This document shows, piece by piece, positions 33,465-46,150 of a stretch of 64,000 bases of DNA (the stretch's first letter is position 1; each line of letters starts with the position of its first letter). Source of the DNA: Lingula anatina (taxonomy: Eukaryota; Animalia; Brachiopoda); NCBI GenBank assembly GCA_051362555.1, contig CM120643.1:15226644-15290643 (forward strand). The letters are read 5' to 3'. Below the pieces are notes generated by a model that was not told the DNA's origin, did not search any database, and saw nothing but the letters and a program-made list of their open reading frames with translations. The position numbers and the translations under genes were made by a program.

Positions 33465-36400
33465 TCAGAAAAGCTCTGGGCGCTCCAAAATGTATCTGAA
33501 CACAACCCAAGCGGCATGGCCGATTCTGGACCACCAACCGCCGCCCCCGTGGTTGGCCTGAGTTGGCTGAGGAGTCGGGAGGTCACGTCCGTCAGTTTGG
33601 TTTAATGTCTCGGCGATGATCAACTTTCCGTTAGTCTCATCCGTGTTGACATCCGGGGAACAGCTCATCGGAGGCTCCTTGCTTTCCTGAAACTATTTTC
33701 AATAAAATTAGATTTCTGTTCTCCTCGTTTTTTTTTAAAGAACGTATCGATTACTTTGTAACTCGAGAGCGAGGATGCCTTATGCAGCTTGTCACTCGTT
33801 AGTGAAGCTTATTAGGAGTGGATTAAAAAAAAAAACGACGTGCCTATCAAATTGCTAATGTTTCTGCAAAAACCACATTATTTGCTTCCATAATAAGCAA
33901 TTTTAAACGTTTAAGATAAAAAAATGACAAGTTAAAAATAACATTTTTGAGCCTAATACTCACAGAAACAACCACGCAAACAAAACATTAACTTACCTCA
34001 ATGGGGCGTTCACTGTCGTCACTTTCTGTTTCACTGTTGTTCTCATCCATCTGAGATGAGGCACCTGTTTTGGGTACACTCTGTGGCTGCTGGATAATTG
34101 CAGAGGCTGCTGACTTTTGAAACTCTCCTCCGCTGTCCTTTACTGCATCGGTGGGGCTCTGTAGCTCCTCTCCATAAGCATTTCCCGGCGTGTTTTGTTC
34201 TTTATCTTGCGTGTCCTCGAACTGCACCTCTTTGTTCTCCACGTCCGTCTCATCTTCCAGGTCCAGCAGCGGTGCGTTATCCTCTGGTTTAGAAGGAAGG
34301 CGGGACTGCTTCTCTTTCATTGCCCTTGACTCTTCTTGGGCCATAGAGGGCGCTGATACCGTTGGTGTCTCCTCCTCCTCCTCCTCCTCCTCGATCTGTC
34401 CTAAAGACATGTCTGCCCACACGCCGGAATCGTCAACTAAATCGTCGACTGGGTTGGCCCCGTCCTTGTCATCATTGTCAATAACACCAGTGGTGGCATT
34501 TATATTTTGAAGGCTCTCGGTTGCATTGGGTAATTCTGCTTCTCTGCATTCTGCATCTTCCTCCTCCTGCTCCTGCTGTCTAATAAGTCTCGCAATCCTG
34601 TCATAGTAATCTTCTGATGAGGTGGGATGGGAGAAACGAACTCGCATTTGACGGGCCTTTCTTACGTTGTTATCTAGAAAGACAATATACTCTAATAAAT
34701 GCTGTAAAACGTACAAATAAAATATGCCAGTTATAGACCGCATATGCTTCGATCACGATGGCCTTTTAATTTGTGGCTAAATAGTTGATGTTGCCATTAA
34801 TAACAAACACGCCAGCTTTTAAAAACCAATAAAAATAGCGTGGAATAGTTATCAATCGCGTGTGAATACATCATTGGCTACTTCAGTAAACACTGGTTGT
34901 TTTACCTAGACTGATCTTCCTCCTGGCCCAGTAGACCACCAAACCCTGGGCTATGGCACACACCACCCAGGCTACAACCACCAACCCATCATGTATGGGA
35001 TCACCATTGAAGCGGGGAAGACGTACGTAGACGTCATGGACCTTGTATGCAGCCTTCTTCAACACAGAATAGAGAAGTGCTGAAAATAAAGAAAGACAAT
35101 GTTTCAATTTCTGTATGTGCCTAATAACGATATTTTTATAAAACGGTTTTAGAATTGAAGATATATTAGTTATGGAAAATTGATAAATTGAAAGTATTTT
35201 GGTTAGTGTGTTTCAAAGCTTTGACAAATGAATTGTTTTATTCGTCCAAGTTCAAAGGGGGATATTCTTAACCTTAATTGTGTAGGTGATTTCAATTTTG
35301 TATGTTGTTCCTACCTTTAGCCGCTTCGACGTCCAAGCCCTGATACAGGTAAGTTGTAATTTTATTTCCCAGGTTCATCCCATTGTGGCAGGCTCTTGCA
35401 AACCCCTCTTTAACTTTCCATACACAGTCTGTTATAGATGTGATGACCTTCTGGGTAAAGTCCAAGGCTGGCTGTGCAATACATTTACTGAGGAATTCTT
35501 GGGCGTTCTCTAGGATTTCGTTCGCCGTTGACGCCACATCAAATCCTGTCTCACAGACTTTCCGAAGGAACGGCAAGGTGTCGTAGCCTTTGCAGACCTT
35601 ATCTTTGTGCGTCTCACGCACGAAGAGCCTTATGGTTACTTCGAAAAATCTGTCGTATCCTTCAGCCAGAGTGGAGACAAGTTGTGGAGGGTATTCAGCA
35701 GCATGGAACAAAAGTGTGCACGCGCTCTTTGCGTACCAGTTGGAATATCCTTTGCACTTTCGTTCCACGGGAGACTCAGGAACAAAGTAGAGGCGCACTC
35801 GAGCGATGCCATTGTCAATGTGTTTCACAAGACCGTCCTTGAATGACCTGAATGCTCTTTCTGCAGACTTCTTGCTGCCTTCAATAGCCTCTAAAAATTT
35901 ATGAGCTGAAACGAACAAAGATTAAATAAATAAACAAAGAAACGAATAAAATTCAACTGCATAAATTTTGGATCAAAAACGGCTTGTCAAAAACGGCTAT
36001 TAAATCAAATGAGCATACGAAGTGACATTGAATCAAAACCTGATGGACATTATTCAAAATTTGAACACATTTCTGTTAAATTCCAATTGAAATTTCTTAG
36101 ATAATTAGTCGATGTGACGCCCTACGAAGTAGTTCAAGAAGCCCAACTTACCTATTACTGCTTTTTTCGTCTGAACTTTGTCGTAGCAGTCAATAAGCAG
36201 TCCATGAAAATTGTCTTCGAAAATAGCAAAGTGATCGTGGATCTTGCATTTGACGTCAGTGATGATTTGAATCGCATCATGATAGACCGAGAGAGCTACA
36301 GACTTGAAGTGTGAGACATTCCACCCACGGTCTGAAATAGAATATTTGACATTTTCATGAATCGATAGAGTGATTAGGTAAAATTTATCAACGCAAATCA

Positions 36401-38106
36401 TTACATTGAGACGAATTTCAATTACATCCACGATGGACATTATTCAAAATTTGAAGACATTTCTGTTAAATTCCAATTGAAATTTCTTAGATAATTAGTC
36501 TATGTGACGCCCTACGAAGTAGTTCAAGACGCCCAACTTACCTATTACTGCTTTTTTCGTCTGAACTTTGTCGTAGCAGTCAATAAGCAGTCCATGAAAA
36601 TTGTCTTCGAAAATAGCAAAGTGATCGTGGATCTTGCATTTGACGTCAGTGATGATTTGAATCGCATCATGATAGACCGAGAGAGCTACAGACTTGAAGT
36701 GTGAGACATTCCACCCACGGTCTGAAATAGAACATTTGACATTTTCATGAATCGATAGAGTGATTAGGTAAAATTTATCAACGCAAATCATTACAACATT
36801 GAGACGAATTTCAATTGCATCCAGCTCTGTTTCCTAAATCGTATTAATTTTCTCAGGCAATTTCGATATGCCGCACGGTCCGATCGGTTTTTCATTGCAT
36901 CTCGTCATTATGGTCCTACGTGTTTAGGCGTGGTATCAATTTATGGCACTTTTGAAAATGATCTATTCATTTTTTAATTTTTGAATATTGTACTAATCGA
37001 GCACAAACCCGCTATTTGACTCCAATGATTTGTCTCCTTCCTGTTTTCCTTTGACGAAATATCGGAAACACCGCTCATTGGAGATTCTACTCTGATTTAT
37101 CTATTGTTATTCAGTCTACATCAACCCTAATTATAGGATCAGAGCAGTGATACCGCCTTACCCTCCACCAGGGCGACAGATAGATTTTTTACAGATATTC
37201 ACAGATATGTCTGACTACAGACCAAAATGACCGTCTATCTATCTATCTAGAGACATATCTGTGAATATCTGTAAAAAATCTATCTGTCGCCCTGGTAGAG
37301 GGTAATACCGCCTCCTGGTTTTCGGTACCACTAGCGAAATGAAGTGCATTCAAGTTCAATGGTAACTATGGGTGTATCTCCTCTGGTTTTTGGCCTGACG
37401 CGGAGTTGGCGAGAGACTGGTCGGGACCAAAACCACAAGTACCGCCTGCGCTTACCCTGATGGTACATTTAAAACATGTCCGAAGATGAATTCAATAAAA
37501 AAGTGTACTCACTAGTGTAAGTTTTATTCCCAACCCTGGTTGTTTCACCAATACGGTTTGATGGAGGTGATTTATTTTCAGTGATTTCTTCATCCAAGTC
37601 TGTGCTGAAGAGAGGTCTACTGACACCGGTTCTCCTTCTCGTTGTTGTTCTCATAAACCATAGGTGACCTTCCCTCGGTTCTGTCAGACGTCTCTTATGA
37701 TTTAGGTATTCGTTTGGACAGTTGTCTCCGGTAACTCCATCCGAGATGTTAAGGTTAATCTCCAGGGTTTGACCTTCGGTGTTGCTGTAAATAAGTTTAC
37801 ATTCATTTATACAAAGGAGACAAATAGGTATCATCTTGAGTGCAAGAATATCAAACAACATATTTTACACTGATTAAATCAAATCAAATCAAAGTTACTC
37901 TATTGAAAGCCTTATCAGATATTTTGATGTGCAGGTGAAGGCAGCATACGAGCGCGAAAGATTTTTACATTGTTTTCGTTCGTTGAATTTAAGAAGACAT
38001 TCTAAACAGTAAAATGTACGTACCTCTCATATTTCTGGAGACAATGCAACATACAAACACAAGTAAAACTGAGAATTAGTAATGTAGATAATCGTAATAT
38101 CGACAT
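33465..38106 (-). CDS. Orphan type I membrane protein, about 672 aa (signal peptide, helical Cys-containing ectodomain, TM, acidic disordered tail)
   Basis: Exons 38106-38024, 37784-37513, 35905-35315, 35079-34906, 34673-33997 and 33686-33465, GT-AG, 673 codons in frame. Signal peptide MSILRLSTLLILSFTCVCMLHC; TM GLVVVAWVVCAIAQGLVVYW followed by the basic stop ARRK. No family recognised. Confidence 0.72.
36042..36823. repeat. Recent direct tandem duplication of a 390-bp unit
   Basis: 36042-36431 and 36432-36823 are nearly identical (both begin GATGGACATTATTCAAAATTTGAA); lies in intron 2 of the orphan gene. Confidence 0.95.
37159..37304. mobile_element. Mutator-like foldback MITE with 9-bp TSD
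   Basis: Near-perfect TIRs of about 55 bp (TACCCTCCACCAGGGCGACAGATAGATTTTT...); ATACCGCCT duplicated at 37150-37158 and 37305-37313. Confidence 0.9.
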
Positions 38107-40364
38107 AATGGAAATATATATCTGCGCATTTCCATGTTGACTTTGTAACTACGAAATTGTTGTCGTCACATTACTTATGACGTCACATTACTTTTCCGAA
38201 GGCGTAACGTTTCTTGCGACGTTGACCTTCATTGTTTAACGATGCGTTGTCACGCAAGATGAATGGAGGTCGAAGTAAAAATAAAAATCGGCTTATAATT
38301 CAAACAAAAATTACTATTGAAGGTAAACAAAACACGCTTGAAAAAGTCCCAAAGTATTTTGTCTGAATATCCTGCAAAACTTTTATCGTTCCCTATTCAG
38401 TCCTGTAAATCAGCCAAACCCCTCAAATAAAAGCATGTAATGTCGACATATAATTTTCAAAAATCAGTGAGACAAGGCCGTCGTAAGTTTTTTTTTCTAA
38501 ACAGCACTGGGACAGCATATCAAATTAAAGGTTGAGCAATGGTTTGTGAGGAGAAAATTGCTTTTTTTCACGAGTAATATTATAAGATTTGACCTGTGTA
38601 GTGTACTTCCATTATACTAAAACAAATATGAGGTTTTTCAGCGGAGTTTCTGCGAACTTACTGGACCGGAACGGATAACGTGGAATTCAAATAAGCACTT
38701 GGCGTATTATTTCCTACAACAATCGGTAGTTCAATCATATTCTTTTATCCGGCGCAGCGTCAGACTACAAACTTGATTTCACAGTCATGTATGCAAGATG
38801 TACCGCGAGGCTTCGTTTACTAAATTTAAGTTTTCTCGAAAGGCGACTTTGCATGTTTTTATAATTACATTTTTTTTACATTCGGATTCACTTTTGCTTG
38901 AACGTAAAGGGCTCTTAATCTGTCTGGACTGTTTTTGCTTTCAGTGGCCTTTGCTATTTTGTAGGTCAATTGTGGACGCGCTTCGGGCACTATCACTCAT
39001 TCATGATATATAGGTCTATTTGAAAAAAAAAGAAGTGAAAAATGACGTTAAAGATATATTTGTGAATTCCACTTTTTCTAAATGTCTGGTGACAGGAAGT
39101 GATAAATCTGGCTTTTTGTGTACATCACTGAAAATTATAAATTCATGCCTTGTAAGTATGGGGAATTTTCGTATTCAGTAACGAAGGTTTTAGCCTATTT
39201 AGGTTATAAAATTAACAACCCTTTAGGTACTATCCACACGTTGTTGATAATAACAAAAATTAGACTTTACCAAAGGGGTAAAACGAGATGCAGGTTTATT
39301 TAACTCACACATTTGTCCTCAACATCAAGTATATTTTTTCAGTATGACTGGTAACGAAGGGTTTGCAATTTACTTTCTATGAGTATCTGTTTTACCATGT
39401 TTTGTGCAAATCATTTAACTGTGTCCTGTTTCAATATTGTCTTCCTAATAATGGATGATACTGAATTGAAGATTATATTAATGGTTCAAATAATGCAATA
39501 AACCATCAAATATCTAAAACTTATGACCTGTGCCGCACAGTGCAAAGTAACGAAGGTTTTTCAATTAAAAAATAATAATAAACGGCAACACCATGAAAGT
39601 AGCCGCAAGCTATTTATTGAGTTATTTAAAACATTAAAGAAATTTTTTTAATTTTCGGAGGCGTTAAACATCAGTTTATTCTTTACATCGGTGAAACAAA
39701 CATTAATAATAACAATAATAATACAGAAAAAAAAATTCTAGCAGGTTGTTTGTACCGTCTGAAGTTTTCTTCTAGACGTTGGCTTGAGGGAAAGTAAAAG
39801 TCGTCCGCGCGGTCTCTCTGGACTGAGAGAAAGGACAAGGTTATCACTGGTTAAGGGTAAGAAAAAACGCCACTGCCAATGCCATTCCCACAACCCCTCG
39901 TAGCTTATGGTCCTGCAAATGTTGCGGTTTGAACGTGAACAAAGGGGTCTCTGCGTGAAGAACGAGTTCTGTTCAAATTAGCAGTCAAAGTGTGATGATG
40001 CGCAACTGCGTACGTTAGTACAAAATCAGTTAGCTACTATAATCAAAACAGAGTTATGTTTGTGAAGTGTTACCATGTGATGCCGAATCACGGGCTTTTG
40101 TTATACATGACCACGTTACTAAAATTACCCTTCGTTCAACACGAGGTGCATGAAAATAAAAAAGATTTTACTTTAACTGTGTGTTAGATATAAATTACAC
40201 TACATATTTGTTTTCTTTCGGTAGTGCCCCGATAAAAATAAGTGGAATTCATGCAAAGGTACATCATATAAACTATTTGATAACTAAAAATAGAAATACA
40301 AGCAAATAGTTCAGATATAAAACAAAAAAGTGAATGTTACGAATTCCGGTAATAAACACTGAAG

Positions 40365-40398
<34 letters not shown>

Positions 40399-40586
40399 GC
40401 GAAAGTTACGAATGCCTTGAGTTGATCAACCACCCAGATGAATGTCAGGCACATTGTGGTTTATCCATCTTGGTCGAGGTTCTGGATGCCTAGTTATGTG
40501 TTTATTCCATAAAGGTGAAGGTTACGGATGCCTTGTTCTAAGAATAATTCATCAATGTCAAGGTTACGGACGCCTTGTTCTGTGGT

Positions 40587-43500
40587 TTAGGCATCCACAC
40601 AGTTGATTTTACCTCGTCCACCTGTTGAGATAACATGAGACAATAGTTATGTGACACTGGAAAGAGGTTTCTTTCAAGCAATACTGATACTACGTTCCCG
40701 GTGCCTTAATTTGACTACTTCTTCCTACGTATACATTATGTTGTATTATGCAAAGATCATGCACCCTGTTGTTATGTTGTGGTAGAGCTTGACTGAAAAA
40801 AAAAAAAAAATGAACTACTGACGCTGTTTGTTTGTCTTGGAATCAGCGCCTCTCGTGGTTTATCCAGGCGACATTGCCTGCATTTTTTAACCTTGATTTG
40901 CGTTATAATCGAATTATCATCACACGCATTATCATGTTAATAATTAAGAGATACTTACACTGTAGTTATTATGTACATGCCTAGCAATGGCGAATGACTA
41001 AATTAATTCTCTGATACTCTTTATCAACAAAGTTACCAACTTACCGTGCTTGGTTTGTGCTTCATCACATAGCCGTTTGAAGCGACCTGAAGAAACTAGT
41101 TTCTCAAACCCTTCATTCCATTTGGAGTTAAAGTCATTGTCTTTACGGGTCATCATTCCTTGTTCTCCGGCATTCTTACAGAAGATGGGGTCCGTTGGGT
41201 ATTGTTGGACATTAGTACCAGAGATTCTGTCGGTCATAACTGACGCTGTGGTAAACCCCACGTCTACCTGTATGATTTAGGAATGCAAATAGAAAATTAT
41301 TGCTGTAAAAACAGCAAAACTCGAGATCGAGAGAAGGTACGCTTCAATGCAAATTATTGACATTGGCTGAGGTCACCTCTTGGCTAGGGTTAGCTGGAAG
41401 TTGGCATGATCGGCGCCGGTGTAACGAAACTGAAGGTCCATGTAACAGAAAGTCTGCCCTCCGTATAGTTATTATGGTTAGGGTTTGTACGGCTTAAGTG
41501 GGTCAAAATCTAGGGCAAGGCTCCCCTGTACAAATGAATGGGAAGCGGACTCTCTGTCATGGGGAGGGGGGGGGGGGGGGGCTATCTGTACGTTACACCG
41601 GAAATCATATATCCTCCATGCAGTTGAGGGAACACAAAGGCTATTACAGCTTCGTTACATTAAGACGAATTTAGAAGATAACTGAAAACAACTGAGACAC
41701 AGAGAACTTCTAAAGACGTAAGCGTCAAGATTCGTCACCGTGTGTCCAAATATATTTCTCCGCTGACATTCAAAGTATATTCTTGAATATAGTATTTTTG
41801 AATGTATGGCAAAGGTAAAGCTGAAACTGGGCATCTGAATGAATGACAAAGGTAAATCTGAAACTGGAAAATATCGAAAGTACGATCAACATCCGTCTCA
41901 AGGGAAATTTTGCGCCTATTGTTCGATTTTTTAGTCTTGAAGATATAAAACTATACAATTAAAACATAAAAATTCAGTGTTTACTGTTTTTTAATTTCAT
42001 GTTTATAAAACACAACATTTCTTTTTGAAGTAATTAAAAAGGGTAAGGACAAAGCGCTAGGATTATGTTAGAATGACCAAAAATTAAAATATAACATTAC
42101 AAAACAGGTAACATAGACAAGACACTTACAGTCCCGTTCTGGATCATAGCCAAGAGCTCGGCAGGCGTTTGTGCATGGAAAACGTTGGCGTGCGGGACTT
42201 CTCTTCCAGCCACTTGGTCCAGTCCGGCTATGCAGGCTTCGTTAGTGAACCAACCGCTTAGCAGTCCTGTAAGGAGTCAGTATACATGTTCACAAATGTT
42301 TTGTATGGTCTGTTCTTACGGTGGTGTGGCATGGACTCTCTCGGCTGCAACAACCAAGAACATAAAGGCTGCAGAAATTTGTTGCACATGTCATATACTG
42401 CACATGGTTATAACATCTCGGTGCTCAAGCGAATTGGACAAGACCGACAACTCCTTAGACCGACAATTCCTTAGACTTTCAAAGGAAAGACATGAAATTC
42501 GCCAGCCATGTCATCAGGAAAGGGGAACTCAAAGACTACATCCCGGCCGGAAAGGTTCCCGGGAAGAAAGCTACAGCAGTCAAAGGTTTCTGTTCCTAAA
42601 CCAACAAAGGAACCAACACGAACACACACACACACACACACACACACAAATATGGGACGCAGCAACGCTGAAACTGGTACCATATGTCGTCGAGTGTCGT
42701 ATTGTCTAATAGACCATGGCGCCTTAGAGAGAAATACATGTCAACATACAGAACCTTTATCGCAGACTCTCAAGTGTTTGGTACTCGGGTTTTCAAGATA
42801 TGAAATGGAACTATTTATATGATAACTGTAAGAAAATCATATTAAAATCACCTTCATTTATGTCAAAATGCAGATAACTCACCAATTTTTTTCCCAGTGA
42901 TATCCAGTGGATTAAATCCAGAAAACGCGTAGAAATAGGCTTCGGGTGGTTTCAGAAATGGCTTGGAAAATGCGAAGAATTGCTTTCGGTTACGTGAGGC
43001 CAGCCATCCGGTGCAGGCGTCGTACCAACCTGACATAAGTCCTGAAATTGGACTTTTATAGAAACAGTGTTGTCTAAAACGTGAGCTCATTTATTGAAAT
43101 TAGTTTATCAATCAAATTTTTTATCACACAAAAATGCTTATAATGCACATTTCACAAAAACACATAACAGTAGATCTACTGTTTATCAGTTTCAATGATA
43201 AGGTAATAGATATTTTAAAATTAGACCATCGATGCAATGTATAAAGTTATGGTGGTAGTTTAGGAACGAAGATATATCTAAGTGGCGAATTTAGGAGTGT
43301 CGGGGGGGGGGGGGGGTTCTGACCCCCCCCCTTTCGATTTCTGATAAAAAAAAACACACAAAAAAAACGTCTAGCTGAATTATAGTTCTAAACCGTACCA
43401 AATGGCGCCATTTTCCCTCCAAAACGCCAAGTTTTGGGGCCCTGGCGTGCCCCGAACCTGGGGGTGAGGGTCGGCCTCGCAATCCGAGGCCTGTCAATCC

Positions 43501-45049
43501 CTAATATCCGACCCCCTTCAAAAATTCAGGATCCACCCCTGGATCCATTTTGAATCCTATTTGTATCCCAAAAGTAATACAAAGTTTTTTTACACGAATA
43601 AAACATAACATCTAAAACCCTATAACTATAGCCTATTATATGCCAAAGCACTGTCAAAAACAGAGTTGAACGACAAGATTTGCACTCATCTTAAAAACAC
43701 CAATCTATCTTTAAGATAAAATAAACGCCTCTGAATGGGTATCTATATTTGCTTGAAGTAAAAATCACCTATCATTGGTAGAATCCTTAAGAATACATCT
43801 TATTAGAAGCAAAGGGCAATTAAGCAAAGACAAGGAATACATCATGACACGGAATTAGTTCGCCATCCTAATAATTCTCTCGAACTACTTCAAATATGTC
43901 ACTTTCACTTTATTTAGTCATTCAAAACAATTTTTCCTATAGTGTTTTCTCAATGTAAAGAGAGAAAGAAAAAAGAAATGCGTTTAAAGGGACATGATAT
44001 AAAAAAATCACCCTTACCTATCCCCCCTCGCTGCGGCTGCCCTCTCTCCGAGATCATACAGTTGGTGTATGGCTCTGTGACCGTTCTACAATCCATATTC
44101 GCCTCCAGACAAACTAAAAGTACTTAATAACTCAGTGTCTTTATTTAACAGGAGATTTACATAGCAATATAAACTGCAGCTCTATTGTAATCAAAATATG
44201 CTTTACTACAAATCAATAAAACGTATAAAAGTAAAGATTACCTGCGTCTACTACATCATGAAAAAACCCAACTTTAAATCCACTGGCGTCACTGAAATGA
44301 AATTCGATATGCTTGATTAAATTCGCCAACGTTTGATGCATGCTAGTAGTTTTTTCAGGTGCTTATCTTCCCCCCCCCCCCCTGTCTCTCTCTCTCTTTC
44401 TCCTTCTCACACACACACAAACACCCACACATGCACCCACAAACATACACACAAATAAAAAGCAAAACGCCAACAAACTCTCCCTCGCTCACTCTTTGAT
44501 TTTGCCAGTTTCATGTTTGTTCATATTATGCTTACTAATATTCAAAACCCCCAGATCCGAATCCCACGGCAATTGTGTAAATCCTCTTTTTGTTGGAGGA
44601 CTGATACCGGCTGGCGTCATAGGTACTGGCTGCAACTGCAGGCTGAGTTTGCTGAATATTTGTTGTTGAACCCTGGACTGTAATGTCAGAGCTGGCGGGT
44701 TTGGAGATTGCGACGGCTGAGATGATGAGCGCAACTATCGCAATCAGTCCAGATATCACTATTGTTATTGTCAGCAACCGGGGGACTGGAAGACATAAGA
44801 TCAAAAGATCCGACGAAAATAACTTAATATTAAGACTACAGTTTACCTATATGTTATGTGATAAGACATTTGCACGCTTTGAAGAGCGCCCTGAAAATAT
44901 TGTTACAGAAACCATTATAGAATTGCAATGTTCTCAATAAGGAGTTATGAGCTCCATGAACTTACACTTGGAATTTCTACCCGTTTATGCAATACTGTAA
45001 CTATACAACCTTTTTTTTACTGAGAGAGAAAGAGAGTCCAAGTATGTAA

Positions 45050-45090
<41 letters not shown>

Positions 45091-45433
45091 ATTCATAAGC
45101 CAAAAACTGTAAGATTGTATATTTATTTGCTACTGAATAAAAAAATTTAAAATAAAAAACTTACACTTGAAATTGAACTTTTTTAGTGTCACGTATAAAT
45201 ATAAGTTCACTGTACCTCATCTGTAATCATTCCGACTGAATTAAACCAATTTAACATCCTTCTTTGCATGCTCTTCAGTGTCTAAGATCATATTCTGTAT
45301 TAAACTTTACAATGAACGTAGATAATTTAGTATCTTTAACCTTTATCTGAATATTTCCTAAGGCAGAATTACCTTCCAACCGGTTGGTTCTCGTCACAAG
45401 ATCGACATTACTGTCGCTCCTTGCATCCGACAT
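40587..45433 (-). CDS. Type II membrane-anchored PBP2 / SBP_bac_3-like protein, paralogue B, about 336 aa
   Basis: Exons 45433-45373, 44785-44536, 44291-44242, 44113-44018, 43041-42883, 42266-42130, 41267-41045 and 40621-40587, 337 codons. Same intron phases as paralogue A and identical 50-, 96- and 137-nt exons. Motifs GFKVGFFHDVVDAVCLEANMDC, WYDACTGW, FAFSKPF, DITGKKIG, GMMTRKD..FN.KWN.GFEKLVSSGRFKRLCD. Confidence 0.88.
41416..41601. mobile_element. MITE, family C copy 2
   Basis: TIR CCGGTGTAACG / CGTTACACCGG; homologous to 5432-5602. Confidence 0.8.
43281..43541. mobile_element. hAT-like MITE, family B
   Basis: AGTGGCGAATTTAG ... CAGGATCCACCCCTG and the shared core CTAGCTGAATTATAGTTCTAAACCGTACCAAATGGC. 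Confidence 0.8.
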
Positions 45434-45935
45434 CTTGCATTAGAGGTCTCGCAAGCTGGGCAAAGATACTACCTTTGATTTGGCTAGGCACAAATTGTAC
45501 CTGTTTGGATTACATGACGAGAAAAAAGATCCTGCATGACGAAGAGGACTTATACTTTGCATAACAAAGAGGACTACCTCATGTGCCCGGCTTAAGCTAG
45601 GCGTACACACACAAAGGTCAGCGTCTGCAGTCAAGCACGGTTTACCTGAAATAAACAAGAAAAGCTCCACGTATTTTCGTCACCTTAAATCTCTACATGT
45701 ACATCCAAGTTTTAAAAAGAAGTTGCCTTTATAACTGAAGTTAATTTCAAGGAATATAAAAGTAGTTAACTTTGCTTCGGCGAAGTGAATAACAAGTAAA
45801 TGACAAGCATGCAGTATATACAGTATACGATTTTACAGTATATGATTTTTGAGGTCAAGATGACAACTAATGGCCAGAATAAATGCCGGGTCTAAGGCAG
45901 GGCACTGCGTCCACGTGTCCTCACTTAACGTCTAT

Positions 45936-46150
45936 GACCCCATTTCCAGAGATTAGATCGATCTACTTTAGATCGACCTTACTCCCTGGGGGTTCACGCT
46001 AAATAGCTGTCAGTCGGGAGGACCCGAAAGTGAATTTTTCCCTTACAGCTTGTAGTAGGCGAGACGGACATTTAAGCCGGATTATCTGACAGTAATCTAG
46101 TGAGACTCCCCGCGGGGATAGATCGATCTAAAAGCTCTGGGAATACAGCC
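45936..46150. mobile_element. PIF/Harbinger MITE, family A copy 2
   Basis: TAT|GACCCCATTTCCAGAGATTAGATCGATCT ... TCTGGGAATACAGCC|TAT, a 3-bp duplication. Confidence 0.85.

Noticed and set aside
36105-36791. Paired ORFs of 111, 98 and 66 aa on both strands
   Set aside because: They arise from the 390-bp intronic duplication, have no recognisable domain, and the surrounding gene splices in frame without them.
42185-42822. 174-aa and 104-aa plus-strand ORFs
   Set aside because: They overlap an antisense exon and an intronic repeat with a CA microsatellite; no protein-like features.
28855-45433. Bacterial contamination as an explanation for the SBP-like and ADH genes
   Set aside because: All have multiple canonical GT-AG introns containing host MITEs and sit among clearly metazoan genes.
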